Position numbers and translations under genes: made by a program. A stretch of 60,512 nucleotides of DNA, filler included, from Hausera hauseri (Eukaryota): assembly GCA_046269625.1 (NCBI GenBank). It is 12 parts of 12 records of this genome, joined end to end, with 100 filler letters (N's around TTAATTAATTAA, not from the genome) between each part and the next. Parts side by side here need not be neighbours in the genome. Positions count along the whole stretch, not along the records: positions 45,462 to 49,511 come from JBJURY010793646.1; positions 49,612 to 55,707 come from JBJURY010141316.1; positions 55,808 to 60,512 come from JBJURY010468245.1; 9 more parts are not named here. One strand, 5' to 3'. A model generated the notes under the pieces. The model was not told where the DNA came from. It saw only the letters and a program-made list of their open reading frames with translations, and ran no database searches. Shown here piece by piece: positions 49,081 to 60,512 of this stretch; position 1 is the first letter of the stretch; every line of letters starts with the position of its first letter.

Positions 49081-49611
49081 CTGAAATTGATAGTCCATCA
49101 AAATATTGCAATTGCTTCAGTTGATTAACTATTTCCATGATTATTATTACTACTACTACCTACCCGTATGTATAGTTTTTGAATTATTCAACTGACCAAT
49201 ACTGCGGACCTTATTTACGGAAAGAAAAAAGAAACAGAGAAATACATTTATTTATTTGCATGAAATATAGTCAATACAACGCCGTAGACATTTTTTGTAA
49301 GCACAGTGTACCCATGATCACCATACGGACATCGGATATTGTCAGGTACCATCGCCAGCAAGTTGTTCGATGTTGTTGAATACGTCGTCATTCGCAACTC
49401 GGGAAACTGTGAATGGAATTGTGTAAACTTTTTTCCGCCAATTTGATCTTTAATGTAAAATATTGTATTTTCAATGTCAAAACGATCACAAATCTCTCCC
49501 ATAATACACGTNNNNNNNNNNNNNNNNNNNNNNNNNNNNNNNNNNNNNNNNNNNNTTAATTAATTAANNNNNNNNNNNNNNNNNNNNNNNNNNNNNNNNN
49601 NNNNNNNNNNN

Positions 49612-49988
49612 AGATCGAATTATCAAAATCAATTCAGTAACTTAGATTTGCTCACACTTTATAACTCGAAGTTGTCCTCTGATTGATTTTTCCACTCTTT
49701 ATATAGTTCTCGAGCTATCAATTAATTTGTTATTATTCAATTTCCTTCTTTTGTTTGTCTTTCTCATGTATTATTCGATTTTTTTATCTATTATTATTGA
49801 TTGTTACAATTTGTATTCATCCTGATAATTCAATTATTCTATTTACAATTATAATTACATTCATTTCTTTTTGTTTTACAATTACAATAGTTATACACTA
49901 ATCCGTATGTACATATTGTCTTTGCTGACATAATTACAATTTGTTTCAGCTGCGCTGTTTTACATACCTTATGTTCTGCTTTATAACA
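49612..49988 (-). repeat. Putative 3' LTR (partial), starting TGTTATAAAGC
   Basis: Directly preceded on the minus strand by the purine tract AGGGAGGCGAAA (50000-49989). AT-rich and non-coding. No second LTR is available in the window to confirm. Confidence 0.65.
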
Positions 49989-49998
49989 TTTCGCCTCC

Positions 49999-52400
49999 CT
50001 AAACGGCATCCTCGGATGTGCCCATTGCGTCAGTGGAGGTGCCGCGAGAACAGGGCGAAAGTAATAGGTCCATACGTTGTCTTAGACTGGGTTCGGAACT
50101 TGTACTTGCTTGGTTTTCTCTGGGATTTGTTTCCAATTCGTAACTGTGGTATGGCTTTATCCGGACTACTCGAGTATAGCTACCGTTCGAATAATATTTC
50201 AAATCAACGGCCTCAGCTCTGCATACTGGACGTGTGGTTTTCTTATTATCCAACGTCCATTTTTCCAGGCAGTCGCGACAATATTTGTGTCGGCAATCAG
50301 GGTTCTTTAATATTACGTGTCCTTGTTTCAAATTTGCCTCACATACCGGACATTCATTGCCCTCTTTCTCCCTATTTTCGTCATCCAGGTCAACTATTAT
50401 CATAATCTCGATAGGTTCTACTATCAACCCTTCTTCATCCTGGTATAAATAGGCATATATTCTCTTCTGTTTCGGATTTATAGAACTTTTCTTACTATCG
50501 CATCCCACGGGTATTAGAGTCCAATCGCTGATAGTATCTCGATCTAAATCGGGAATTTCACCAGTCGATCGGTATTTTTGATATTGTTTCTTGAGTAACA
50601 ACTTTACAGATTTATCTACAGGGACTAGAAGTTTGCCATTTCTTCTCGACTGAAATATCGGGGCAATGTATTTTCCGACCTTAGGATTCTCCCAGACATA
50701 AGTGTTCTCGTATGCTTGTCTTGCGGGCATTAATTTGACGAAAAACATCGTCTCTTTAATCCTTTGTTGACCATAGTATTCTGTTGCTACCAACATTCTA
50801 GGTTGATCCTCCGTAGTGGCGTAATGTATTTCGTCCGTAGAGTTCTTCTTCCGTAATATATTTATTTGCATTATCTGTTCCTTCCGTTTGCTCGGTATCC
50901 TCGTAGGATTCTCAGTATGGGTTTGTACAGTAGTTTTGATTCTTCTGCTTGTATTCTTGGATTGTCTATTCGTTTTATCTTTGAATCTTTATTGTCTGAT
51001 TTGTGTCCTTCTTTTAGTCCCTTTTCTCCTTCTTTACTTTTTTTCTTTAATAAATAGTCGAGGAAGGAGGTTTTCCTTTTAACTGTCTTTCCGATTTCGG
51101 TCTCTCGAATTCTGTCTTTTTTTCTGAGTATTTTCGGGGAACTTTGGGTACTTTAAAAGATTATTATTTTCAGCGCCCTCCATAATTGATGTGGCGCCAT
51201 AACTTTTACTTGGTTTTTTATTTGGTTGTAGTTTATCCTCCATTCTCTTGGTTCTCAATCCCTGGATAGTTATTTGGTAATTCCACTTCGGTGTCATCTC
51301 GACATTTCTTGGTGGAGAGTATGGACAGAAGTATTTCCTGTATCGTGTACTGATCCCTTCAAGTTTGGGAAAACTCCGTAAGTTCTGTCCGGGGTTGCTT
51401 GGGATCCATTCATGTTCCCACCTTAATCCAGCGTTTATGTCTCTTAGATACTGGGATCGTTGACTAGCTATCAACAGTCGGCTTATGTTTATGTTTCCTC
51501 CGGCCACTGCCTCTACCACAAACTTAAATCGGCCTTCCACGGTCGGTGGTAGATTACTCTTTTTCTTTTTTACCTTAATTTCCATTTGTCCCATTACAGT
51601 TGGGTGGGCCTGTATCTCTCTCATTCCGGCTATGTGAGTTATTGGTATGGAATCCCTTCCGTGGATTAATTGTTCTCTTTTGATCCCGGTCACTTCTGCA
51701 TAGGTTTCTTGTACTTTCTCGGGTTAATGATTTTGGAATAGACTTCGACCCCGTTTTCTTCTCGTATGGATATTTTAATTGGGATATAATTTCCTTCGTT
51801 TCCTTCTCCATAATTTATTGCGGCAATCCTGATATTCCTGTCCTCGGTTACCAATCTAAATGAGTGTAGATGCGCGTCTTGTTCTTCTTCAGTGGGCCTT
51901 TGCTTAAACTCTAAGGGCGGCAATAAAGTGGCGATTGTTTCCTCTTCGATTATTTCAACCATCATTTTCACAGGTAAGGCAGCTATACGAAATCCCAGCT
52001 CGTAAATGTAAAAATTTCTAATGTTAAATAGAAATGTGCTAAACCGACTTTTTCTTCCTTGGAATGAATCCCATTTTTGGTCTTTCAGCCGATAATAGAT
52101 TTCTCCGTCGGCTAAGTGTACATATATGTTCTGTTCCTTATCCGTTCGGTGCTGGGTGATCTGTTTCAAAGGGTATGCTCTGGCATACTTATCCTCCCTC
52201 CAGGCATATAAATATATGGCTCTGGCCTTTTCAGTTGTCCCTTTTAAATTGTTTGGTATATCGTTAACTTTCTTGTACTGGATGAAGTTTTGTCCTTGTA
52301 ATTCTGTGTTGATTTGCCTATAAATGGCTTTGGAATTTGGGATCCGGACGGTTACGTACTGTTGCAGAAATTAGTCGATGCTAAGTCGACTCTTGTTCAT
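49999..52400 (-). pseudogene. Accessory ORF(s), about 800 codons in total, ending in a C3HC4-type RING finger
   Basis: ATG at 52400 is in frame with ORF 51690-52169 (one premature TAA). ORFs 51079-51693 and 49999-50871 share a frame. RING: CPVC..CRHKYCRDC..(C>R)PVCR. Confidence 0.65.
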
Positions 52401-52420
52401 TTCGATTCGGTTACTTACCA

Positions 52421-52445
52421 GTCTAAAAAAGAAAACATAAATGTT
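52421..52445 (-). promoter_or_regulatory. Strong splice acceptor upstream of the accessory ORF
   Basis: Minus strand reads TTTATGTTTTCTTTTTTAG|ACTG, about 22 nt before ATG 52400. Confidence 0.55.
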
Positions 52446-52520
52446 AATCTTAAAACAAAGTGTGGCTTTAAACCAAAACCAATTCTTTGTTTGATGACAG
52501 AATAACCTGATCTGTAATTG

Positions 52521-53926
52521 TCAAGTAATTTTATCATATTGGTCTACAGGGTTTTCCAATTCCCTTAGTTTCCATTCTGAATTTTTAGGACGCTTAGAAT
52601 AGCAATTTTTGGTAACTAATCGAAAAATCACAATTAATATAATGAGAACAAATGTTGACAGTACTGCAATAGATACAATGGGAAGGCAGTTAGTTCTAAC
52701 GGTTCTCCAGTATCAGTTGGTGCTGTAGTTTCATCGTCTACATTTTCATGTGTATGCGACTCTGCGTGAATTTCGTCTAAGGTATGCAATGTAGTTGTTT
52801 GGTTTTGTTTATTCTCTTCATGCACTTATACTATGTATTCAGATTGTGGTTTTAGTAAATTACATTCTGTTTCATAGGTGTTTTTGAATAATGTTACAAT
52901 GTGGTTGTTATATGTTGTCCGACAACTTATGTATATATCGTAATTTTGTGTCTTCTCCACGAAGAACACGATTTTATACTGGTGGGCCGAAAATTTGATG
53001 GGTATACCTTCCAACTCTGCTTTAGGTATGTTGCTTGTTGTAGCAGTTCGGATAGTAGAATTAACTTTATTGGTCGATTCTATGGTCGTGTTTTCCACTG
53101 AAATTTTCCAAATTCTACTTTCTGGATAGTAGGTTCGTAATTGTATACTTGGTTGGTTAGGCCGTACCTCATATAAGTTAAATTTTATTTTGAATTCTTG
53201 GTTAGCGGGTATTTTAAAACATGGATGTTGCACACCTGCGCGAATAGAATAATATCTTATTTTCGGAGTGTGTCCAATTGCTGCCTCAAACGTGATACTG
53301 ATTTCTCGACTGACGGATAGCTCTGTCCAAACATCTACTTGAATACATTGTTTTTCCTTATTCACAGAGATTCTCTGGATATTTTTGTCTAATATTCTTG
53401 TGTCTGGGTCGGTAGATCGTAGCATTTCGTTGGGTTTTATTCCATGATGCCTGTTCCAAGCATGGGTAATTAGTTTGAGTTGTGGTTTTGTTGCATAAAT
53501 TTTAGATAAGTTTGGTAGGTACAGGCGATAGGTGACGTTGTAAGTACGTCTGAAATTTATGTCGCAACATTGGGTATGATCTCCGGGCTCAAAATCACAA
53601 TTCTTTGCTTCTTTTGTTATCACATTATCCAAGATGATTTGAAATCTTCCAAAATCGTGATGTGGTTTCCGCGCCTTAAATCCAACACATGCGGAGTTGG
53701 GCGAGTAATAGTGAATTGTTAATAATTGTAATAATCTTATATCTTCTTGTCTTGGACTTTCTTTGACCGTTGTTTTCTTTTCCATTTTACTAGCCTCCAG
53801 TCTTGCTCTACTTTTCCGAATTCCGTAAATATCTTTTATTGCAGATTCGTTGTGCAACCCTTTGGTTTGTGTTCTCGAAATATAAGAAGCGATTAGCGAT
53901 AATGCTAAAACTATTTGAACGTACAA
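52521..53926 (-). pseudogene. Second, unrelated type I membrane glycoprotein at the canonical env position
   Basis: Signal-like YVQIVLALSLIASYIS; ~350-aa ectodomain with 8 Cys and sequons NES, NVT, NLS, NTT, NST; Thr/Glu-rich stalk after an in-frame TAA (52826-52828); after a frameshift, TM LPIVSIAVLSTFVLIILIVIF followed by a basic tail RLVTKNCYSKRPK, ending at TGA 52521-52523. Confidence 0.75.
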
Positions 53927-53944
53927 TATTGGTCTAACAACTAC

Positions 53945-55225
53945 TCAGGAAAATGTTATCTCGCGTTGGCGTAAATTGTAACGTTTATTGGGTCGAATCT
54001 CCGTCTTAACAATCCTTTGTACTGATACGACTTCTTCTTTCCATTCTTGTTTATGTATACTGTGGTTGACGTAACTCTGGTAATTTCATACGGTCCTCTA
54101 CCGGTACAAGTTAATTTTAATGAGATGCTTTTTTAGCTACTGGATAATGTACATAAACCCAATTTCCTGGTCCCAAATAATGTGGTTTCGCTTTCTTACC
54201 ATATTGCTTTTTAAACTGCTCTCGATATTCTTTGGATAATTCTTTGGCGATCTCCCAACATTTCTGTAATCGCGTTTGTAGCACTTCTGCAAAATTTTGT
54301 TCTAGATCTTCGAGGTCAACTGTGATTGGCGTCATTCCTAAATCTGTATGCAGAACAGCTTCACGTCCATACATCATGAAGAATGGTGTGAATCCTGTTG
54401 CTGGATGTGGTGTGGTATTAATCGCGAATTGCGTTCCTTCTAAAAATTCGTCCCAATCCTTTGGTCTTTCGCTACCACTGTTGACAGTATATGTATGACA
54501 GTAGCATTCATCCGTTCGACCATCCCATTACACTGAGGATGATATGCTGCAGTGGTTAATCGTTCAATTTCAAATATATTAGTGATTTTCTCGAATAGTT
54601 CACTTGTGAAATTTCTTCCTCGATCTGTGAGTATCTGGTCTGGAGGTCCATATCGGCAAATAATTCTTCTTACTACGGCTTCTGACAAGGTTTCTGCCTT
54701 TTGATCAATTAATGTTATCAACTCGACAAAATGAGTTAATCGATCAATACAAGATATACCTATTGTTCTTGTAGGTCGTCGGAAGTGGTCCTACGATATC
54801 CATAGACATGGCTTGCATGGGCCTATCGGGCACATTAATTGGTTTTAATTCAGCCATGTAGTTTTTTGTATTCTTTTGTTTAGTTGCACATACTTCGCAG
54901 GCTTTTACCTAATTCTTTACATTAATATAGATACTAAGCCAAAAATATTTATTCAGTATTCTTTCTAACGTTTTCTTCCAGGACATGTGTCCGGCTAAAT
55001 ATGAGTCATGTTCCAACGTTAGCACTTCGGTTCGTAACCCTTTCGGAATAACTATTAGCTTCCTTCCTTTTCTTTCGTAATATAAAATATCATCAATGCT
55101 CTTGTCATTTACGACTCAGTATTTATGTCCATGTCTGCGTAAATGTTTCTTTAACTGTCGTCCGTTTGGTATAATGTCCTTTTTAGCAAATTCTATAATC
55201 TGCTGAATAACTTTATCCCTTTCTT
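53945..55225 (-). pseudogene. pol: Integrase (family A copy 3)
   Basis: HDSYLAGH..KYFW..CEVC; MDIVGPLP; LTDRGRNFTS; YHPQCNGMVERMN; GPYEI; terminal RYNLRQR, then TGA at 53945-53947. Confidence 0.92.
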
Positions 55226-55807
55226 TTTCCAATTTGTACGGTCTGGCATCTTCGCACACTTCCAGGTCCATTAAGGAATATTTCTGTCCTAGTTTAAACT
55301 TATTGCAGTCGTAGACGGTTACAGCACCTATATGCTTTATTAGCATCACCAAGGTGAGTAAGTTAATTAGCCAGTTTGATTCATTCTTCCGGCATCCATC
55401 GTCCGCCGTTGTTAAATTTTGTAACATGTCGTCAAGTTTATTACTGTTTCGTCTGTCTTTTTCCTTATCAAATAGGCTTGACCAAGTTACTTCACAGGGT
55501 ACCTTTCTTGCCGCTTTTCGTGCTAAGCTTGTAGCCATATTAATTTCATTCTTTCGGTTAGGGTTTATTTTGATAACTCTATAATAATACCGTTCTCAAT
55601 TCTTCCTTGGTGTTTTCTACCGTGATGTTTTCGATTACTGCTTTATTAGTCAAGATGCTTTTCGATAGTTTAAAAAGTAAACTCCTCATAACTCTAGTTG
55701 CATCGAANNNNNNNNNNNNNNNNNNNNNNNNNNNNNNNNNNNNNNNNNNNNTTAATTAATTAANNNNNNNNNNNNNNNNNNNNNNNNNNNNNNNNNNNNN
55801 NNNNNNN

Positions 55808-58800
55808 CTATAGGGTATATTGATGTTACATGTTATGCCAACCCACAAGAGTCGTATTCTGATCTTATTATTGGTTTAGATGTAGTGTACAAACTGACGG
55901 GAGCAGAACTCAAAGTCATCGGAAGATTAATCGTATTCAACTGCGAAGGTTACCAAGATACCAAGCCTCAATCCAATGATGAATGGTTGTTCGCGCCAGG
56001 AGAGGAGACTGTTCGACCCTCATTAAACTATGTTACATTAAAGCAAATAAGCGAACAAAATACGGAATATACATTAGCACGAAAAATAACGCAAACACGG
56101 ATAATAGAAATGCCTACAACTAATATTCCACCCATGATTTTCGGAAACCCCTTTAAGTTGTCCACCATAACCCTGCTAACGTTAATATTGCTTATAATAT
56201 TTGGATGCACAGACGCCCAACCCATGCACACGGCTACTGTTACAAATGAATGGAGCAGTACGGTCACTTTATTGCTGATATCAGCATATTATATGTTTAA
56301 TAGCCGCATGATAGTTGATGATGAGGAAACAGATAATTCCTCCTTGAATGATCAAGCAAGAAAACAAGTACCTTTACCCTCAATAACCGACATGGATACT
56401 TGTTCGATAAGTAGTATAACAAGTATTCCACAAAAACTACCATGAAATTCGTTTTAAGATTTATCAAGACCTATATCAACAACCTCCATATATCCTGACT
56501 TGATGGAAATTCAAACCACAAGCGAGGTGCAACCACCTGTAAGCTATACTGTTTTAAGTAAGAAATTGGAAGAAGCAGAAGAAAATATTAAACGATTGAG
56601 AGAGGAGATTAAAAAATATCAACCGGAAGAAAGCCAAAAATCGTTAACACATAATGACACAAAGTTAAAGAAAATAGACCTTCCTAAGCAAGTGCAACGC
56701 AAAGGAATCAAACCAGTCGAGCAGAATTATTTCGAATTGCCTCAACAAAAAGGGGGGAACCTACCACCACTTCCATTAACCAGAGAGGCCGCTAACCGAT
56801 ACCGACTGGAGAATTTTTTCTTAGCTACACCAGAACGCATAAATCATGCACAACAACTACTCAAAGGACATATAAATAGTGTAACGGAATTAAGAGATTT
56901 CCTTAGTAAATACCACGAAAAGTGCGGAATAACAGATGAAATATATAGACCTATAATAAAATTAATTTGCAAAGATCTAAAATTGGATTTCAATACATTA
57001 ACCACTCTGGATAAACTTCTTATAAAGTTAAGCTGCGAAGAGGTATATTATACGATCCCTGATTTGGCTAGTCCAGGGAAATCACAACACCATGATTATG
57101 TAGCTGCCAGCCGAGAATTAAAAATTTATAAACATCACAATATAAATATAGCAGGACGAGAACTCATTAATGGAGTAGAGGAAGTTAAACGAGTCTGAAA
57201 TAGAAGAATGGGACAATCTTTAAATAGCAATCTCCCTCCGGAACAGTGGATGAAGATAGACAGATTACAATTTGCAGAAAATAGTATTAAATACATGGAT
57301 GAAATTGCTAACGAAACAAGAGCAACGCACATCCAAGACGTTCAAGAAAAGGATAAAAAGCGAGAATCATCAGGTATCAAGGGTTACTCCACATTTTCAC
57401 TGAAAACGTTATTCCTTATGGGAGTATGCTTGCTCTCCATGATTAATGCAGCAGAAGCAGTCGAGACTGCCTCCTACCACCCTAGTTCTTCATGGACTTC
57501 AATATTATTATGGGTACTTTCATTGTTGATGATTGGTAAATTCTTTGGCAACGACGATGACAAATCTGATGAACGTTTTCCTAAACGAGGGAAACTAATA
57601 AAAGTCCCAAATCCTTTAAATGGCACAATTAATGATGAGGAAGAAGATGGAACATGTACTGTTAGTGAGGGAATGGACAATACGTGAAATCAAGCTTTTT
57701 CGGATAATATAAAAATGGTATCTGATTATACACTCACTAATACATCGATACAAAAACAATCGGAGTATTTGAAAAAATCACCCTTGGAGTTCCTTTATGA
57801 ATATCAATCAATACGCAACTGTGTAAATTACGATAAATTAGTAAAAGATTTGAGAGAAATATGTGAGCTGAGGTTGTTATTTAATCAAACACTCTCTCCG
57901 ATAGAACTGATCCGTTATATCCATACTGTTAATTGGAGATTAAGTAAACATAAACCGGCCAATTATGATGAGAATGATAATGAAGGACAGTGGATAATAT
58001 CGAATTGTTCAAGCCGTTTGCTAAAGTATGAACCTGTGTTTATTGGTGGTACGCAAGAATGAACTTTCCTTATTCATTATTTCGGGAAAGAAATACCACA
58101 AATTTCTATCACCAATACACTTGCCTTATTAAAACAAACATCTTTATTATGTGATAAGTGTGTAACTCAAGAAAAAGCCAAAGAGGTAGGAGAAAGATGC
58201 ATCGGATTATTCCAAAATTTTGGAATAGAACTGGTGAATAAAAGAACGTCTAATGCGTTTATAGTTAACTGTTGGTTGGCCTATACACTGATGACAATAA
58301 AAGATGAACTGAAGAAAGAGGAAATAGAAGAAGAAATCCGAATATTGTGGAATATATATTTATACAGAGATATACATACATTATTAACCAAGGAAGATAG
58401 GGAGGAAATCGACCGACTGGAACAAGTAAATGCTAGGGGAATGTCGGGCAGAATAAATGCCTTACGTTATCGATTATTGTTTTGTCTACTAGATGACAAC
58501 CAGCAGAAAGTTTAAATGTATAGAAAGGAACGAGAGAACATAATAAGTGATTGTCAATTAAAATTAAATAAGAAAAAGGAGAAATTGATCGATACGACGA
58601 AAGAGATACAACAATTAAACATCTTCGAAAAGCAAAAGACATGTACTTATCTCAGTGAAGAATCTTCGAAAATGGAGGAAAACGACGATTCGTTGTGTGA
58701 CAGTTGCAAGGTTGAAGAAAAGTTTGACCCAATTAAACTTAACGATAATATCAATTCGGATGATTTTATAAAATTACATGAACAAGTGAAGCCTAAACAA

Positions 58801-60512
58801 CCCATAAATACCGAGCCAATACCTAATAAAGGTTCATGTATTTTAACCAGTATAGAATTCTTAAGGATTGTATGCTCTCCAAATTTCGATTGAGATAAAC
58901 GTTTTGGTGAGCAAAGGGCTGTATGTGCCCCAAACTTCAATCAGGATAGACGTCATGGTAAACAAGAATTTAGAATGCTTGGGAATATGGATAATACAAT
59001 TCTCATAATTGATGAACCTAGACTAAGTGCAATGGAATCTCCTATCCGATTTCCCTGTGGTTACCAAACGTTCAGAGAGTGTCTGAATTATGAAAAATTA
59101 ATGGGAACATTAAGGATAAATACTGAAGCGCAAACAAATCGAATTCCTTCCAATCTGGAGCCGATACACTATACCTGCAATAGCGATTATGAAATACATG
59201 GCCATAAATTAACACCCAACAAAGAAACCCCACTTATATCAGCTTGTTCCGATGACAGGGATATAAGAAGATACAAACCTTTATTTATTGGTAGTGCACA
59301 AGAACGAATTCTTTTTATCAACACTCCAGGTGAGAAAAACTACAACTACCCAATATAGATATGTTTATGTTATTACGACAAACATCTCCATTATGCGAAA
59401 AATTTGTAACTCAAGAGAAGGCTAGGAAAATAGGAAAGAGATGTATTGGCCTATATAGGAAATTCGGAGAAGAATTGGTAAATAAGACAACATCTGATTT
59501 ATTTGTGGTTAACTGTTGGTTGACTTGCGTACTAATGACAATAAAAGACAATAAAAAAGATACACCCTTAACAGAGGAAGATGGTATCGAAATTAATCGG
59601 CTGGAACAAGTAAATAGAAAGGGTTAACATGCAATCTAAATGCTTTGCGATATCGAATGTTATTTTGTATGTTGAATAATGATCAAGTGTTAGCGAAACC
59701 TTTCAAAAGAGAGCGTGAAAAATACATTTGTAACCAAAAAATACAGGAAGATGAGTCGTCGCAAGAAACTTTCCGCATAATAACAAGAATAATAAATTCT
59801 TGGGGAAGAAATAAAGAAACAAACAATGAAGTCAATAAGAATAAAGTAGATCAGACTCAAGAGGTGCCTTCAAGTTTTCCATCGGAGGAAATCCACCTAG
59901 ACCCTTCATCATATCAACGACTATCTGAAAAACAACATCAAGAACAAATACAATTTGACGATGATTATTCTAGTCTAATACACATAATGAAAAATTATAG
60001 GACGGAGAATACACTCCATGAATGTTCCTCCAACTTAGGAAAAAGATTACCATATCCAAATCAAAGAGTAAATTAGGAGGCTATTAATTCTACATATAAA
60101 CCTCCTTTGAAAAAAGGGAGATATAGTTGTCCTAAAGGAATGTTACAGAAAAACTATGCTGACACTGAAGAATGGAGAAAGTTACCTAAACCACTACAGG
60201 AGGCTATGGAAGAATTAAATAAAAATGGAAGTGAACGAGAACCATACAAAATTAAGAAACATGTAGCACGAGAACTAATAGAGGCAATACGAGAGGATAT
60301 TAATCTGATACCAAAAGTAACGATGCATGAGACAAAGACGATTTTGGCCACCATAGTGAAGGTGATATACCCTAAAGGAGTACATAATTATACAATGGCT
60401 AATGAAGTAATTCCCTATTTTAGATTAGTAAATACCTTAAGAATAAACCCAGCAAATCTTCCATCATTAAGGGAAGAAATGAACCAAGTGTTGTATAGAC
60501 TGGTATATCAAC
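55808..60512 (+). pseudogene. Decayed long polyprotein-like ORF of unknown, probably retroelement, origin: retropepsin-like tail, two signal+TM hairpins and a duplicated ~250-aa domain
   Basis: ORFs starting 55885, 56500, 57208, 57715, 58234, 58516 and 58975 are all in one frame. A-rich coding strand, no introns apparent. DLIIGLDV at 55861-55884. Confidence 0.6.

Larger units (their letters stand above)
49612..55707 (-). mobile_element. Family A copy 3: internally deleted element keeping IN, a second glycoprotein, an accessory RING ORF, PPT and part of the 3' LTR
   Basis: 55230-55707 is homologous to the pre-env/env-start region of copies 1 and 2 and is joined directly to the IN region. Confidence 0.85.

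Noticed and set aside
49248-49502. BIR domain upstream of the IAP-like RING
   Set aside because: Only a vague LRMTTY..IRCPY resemblance; the C-x2-C..H..C ligand set is not present.

Overview
This is not contiguous DNA. It is 12 short (about 4-6 kb) contigs from an AT-rich, intron-containing animal genome, joined by an artificial 100-bp linker (44 N + TTAATTAATTAA + 44 N). Contigs: 1-5404, 5505-10419, 10520-14730, 14831-20273, 20374-24808, 24909-30271, 30372-35258, 35359-39379, 39480-45361, 45462-49511, 49612-55707, 55808-60512. Content is mostly decayed mobile DNA and satellites. The main finding is a group of large Ty3/gypsy-type LTR retroelements seen in four contigs, in two divergent lineages. 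A chuvirus-type (class III, gB-like) fusion glycoprotein lies upstream of the protease, apparently inside one long polyprotein: unknown helical region - ubiquitin-like domain - internal signal peptide - glycoprotein - TM - PR - dUTPase-like spacer - RT - RNase H - IN. One copy also shows a second type I membrane glycoprotein after the integrase, then a splice-acceptor-preceded accessory ORF ending in a RING finger, a PPT and a 3' LTR. That full layout is a composite inferred across contigs. Also present: an intronless in-frame chimera of host gene pieces (Roco LRR-ROC, CCT4, BBS1, SCAP); Polinton/adintovirus remnants (capsid, adenain protease, pPolB); CsRn1-like gypsy, Tc1/IS630 and pogo relics; host gene fragments; TTG and AACG satellites with higher-order repeats; and a decayed polyprotein-like ORF with an internally duplicated domain. 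All family assignments come from motifs recognised by eye; no searches were run and boundaries are approximate.
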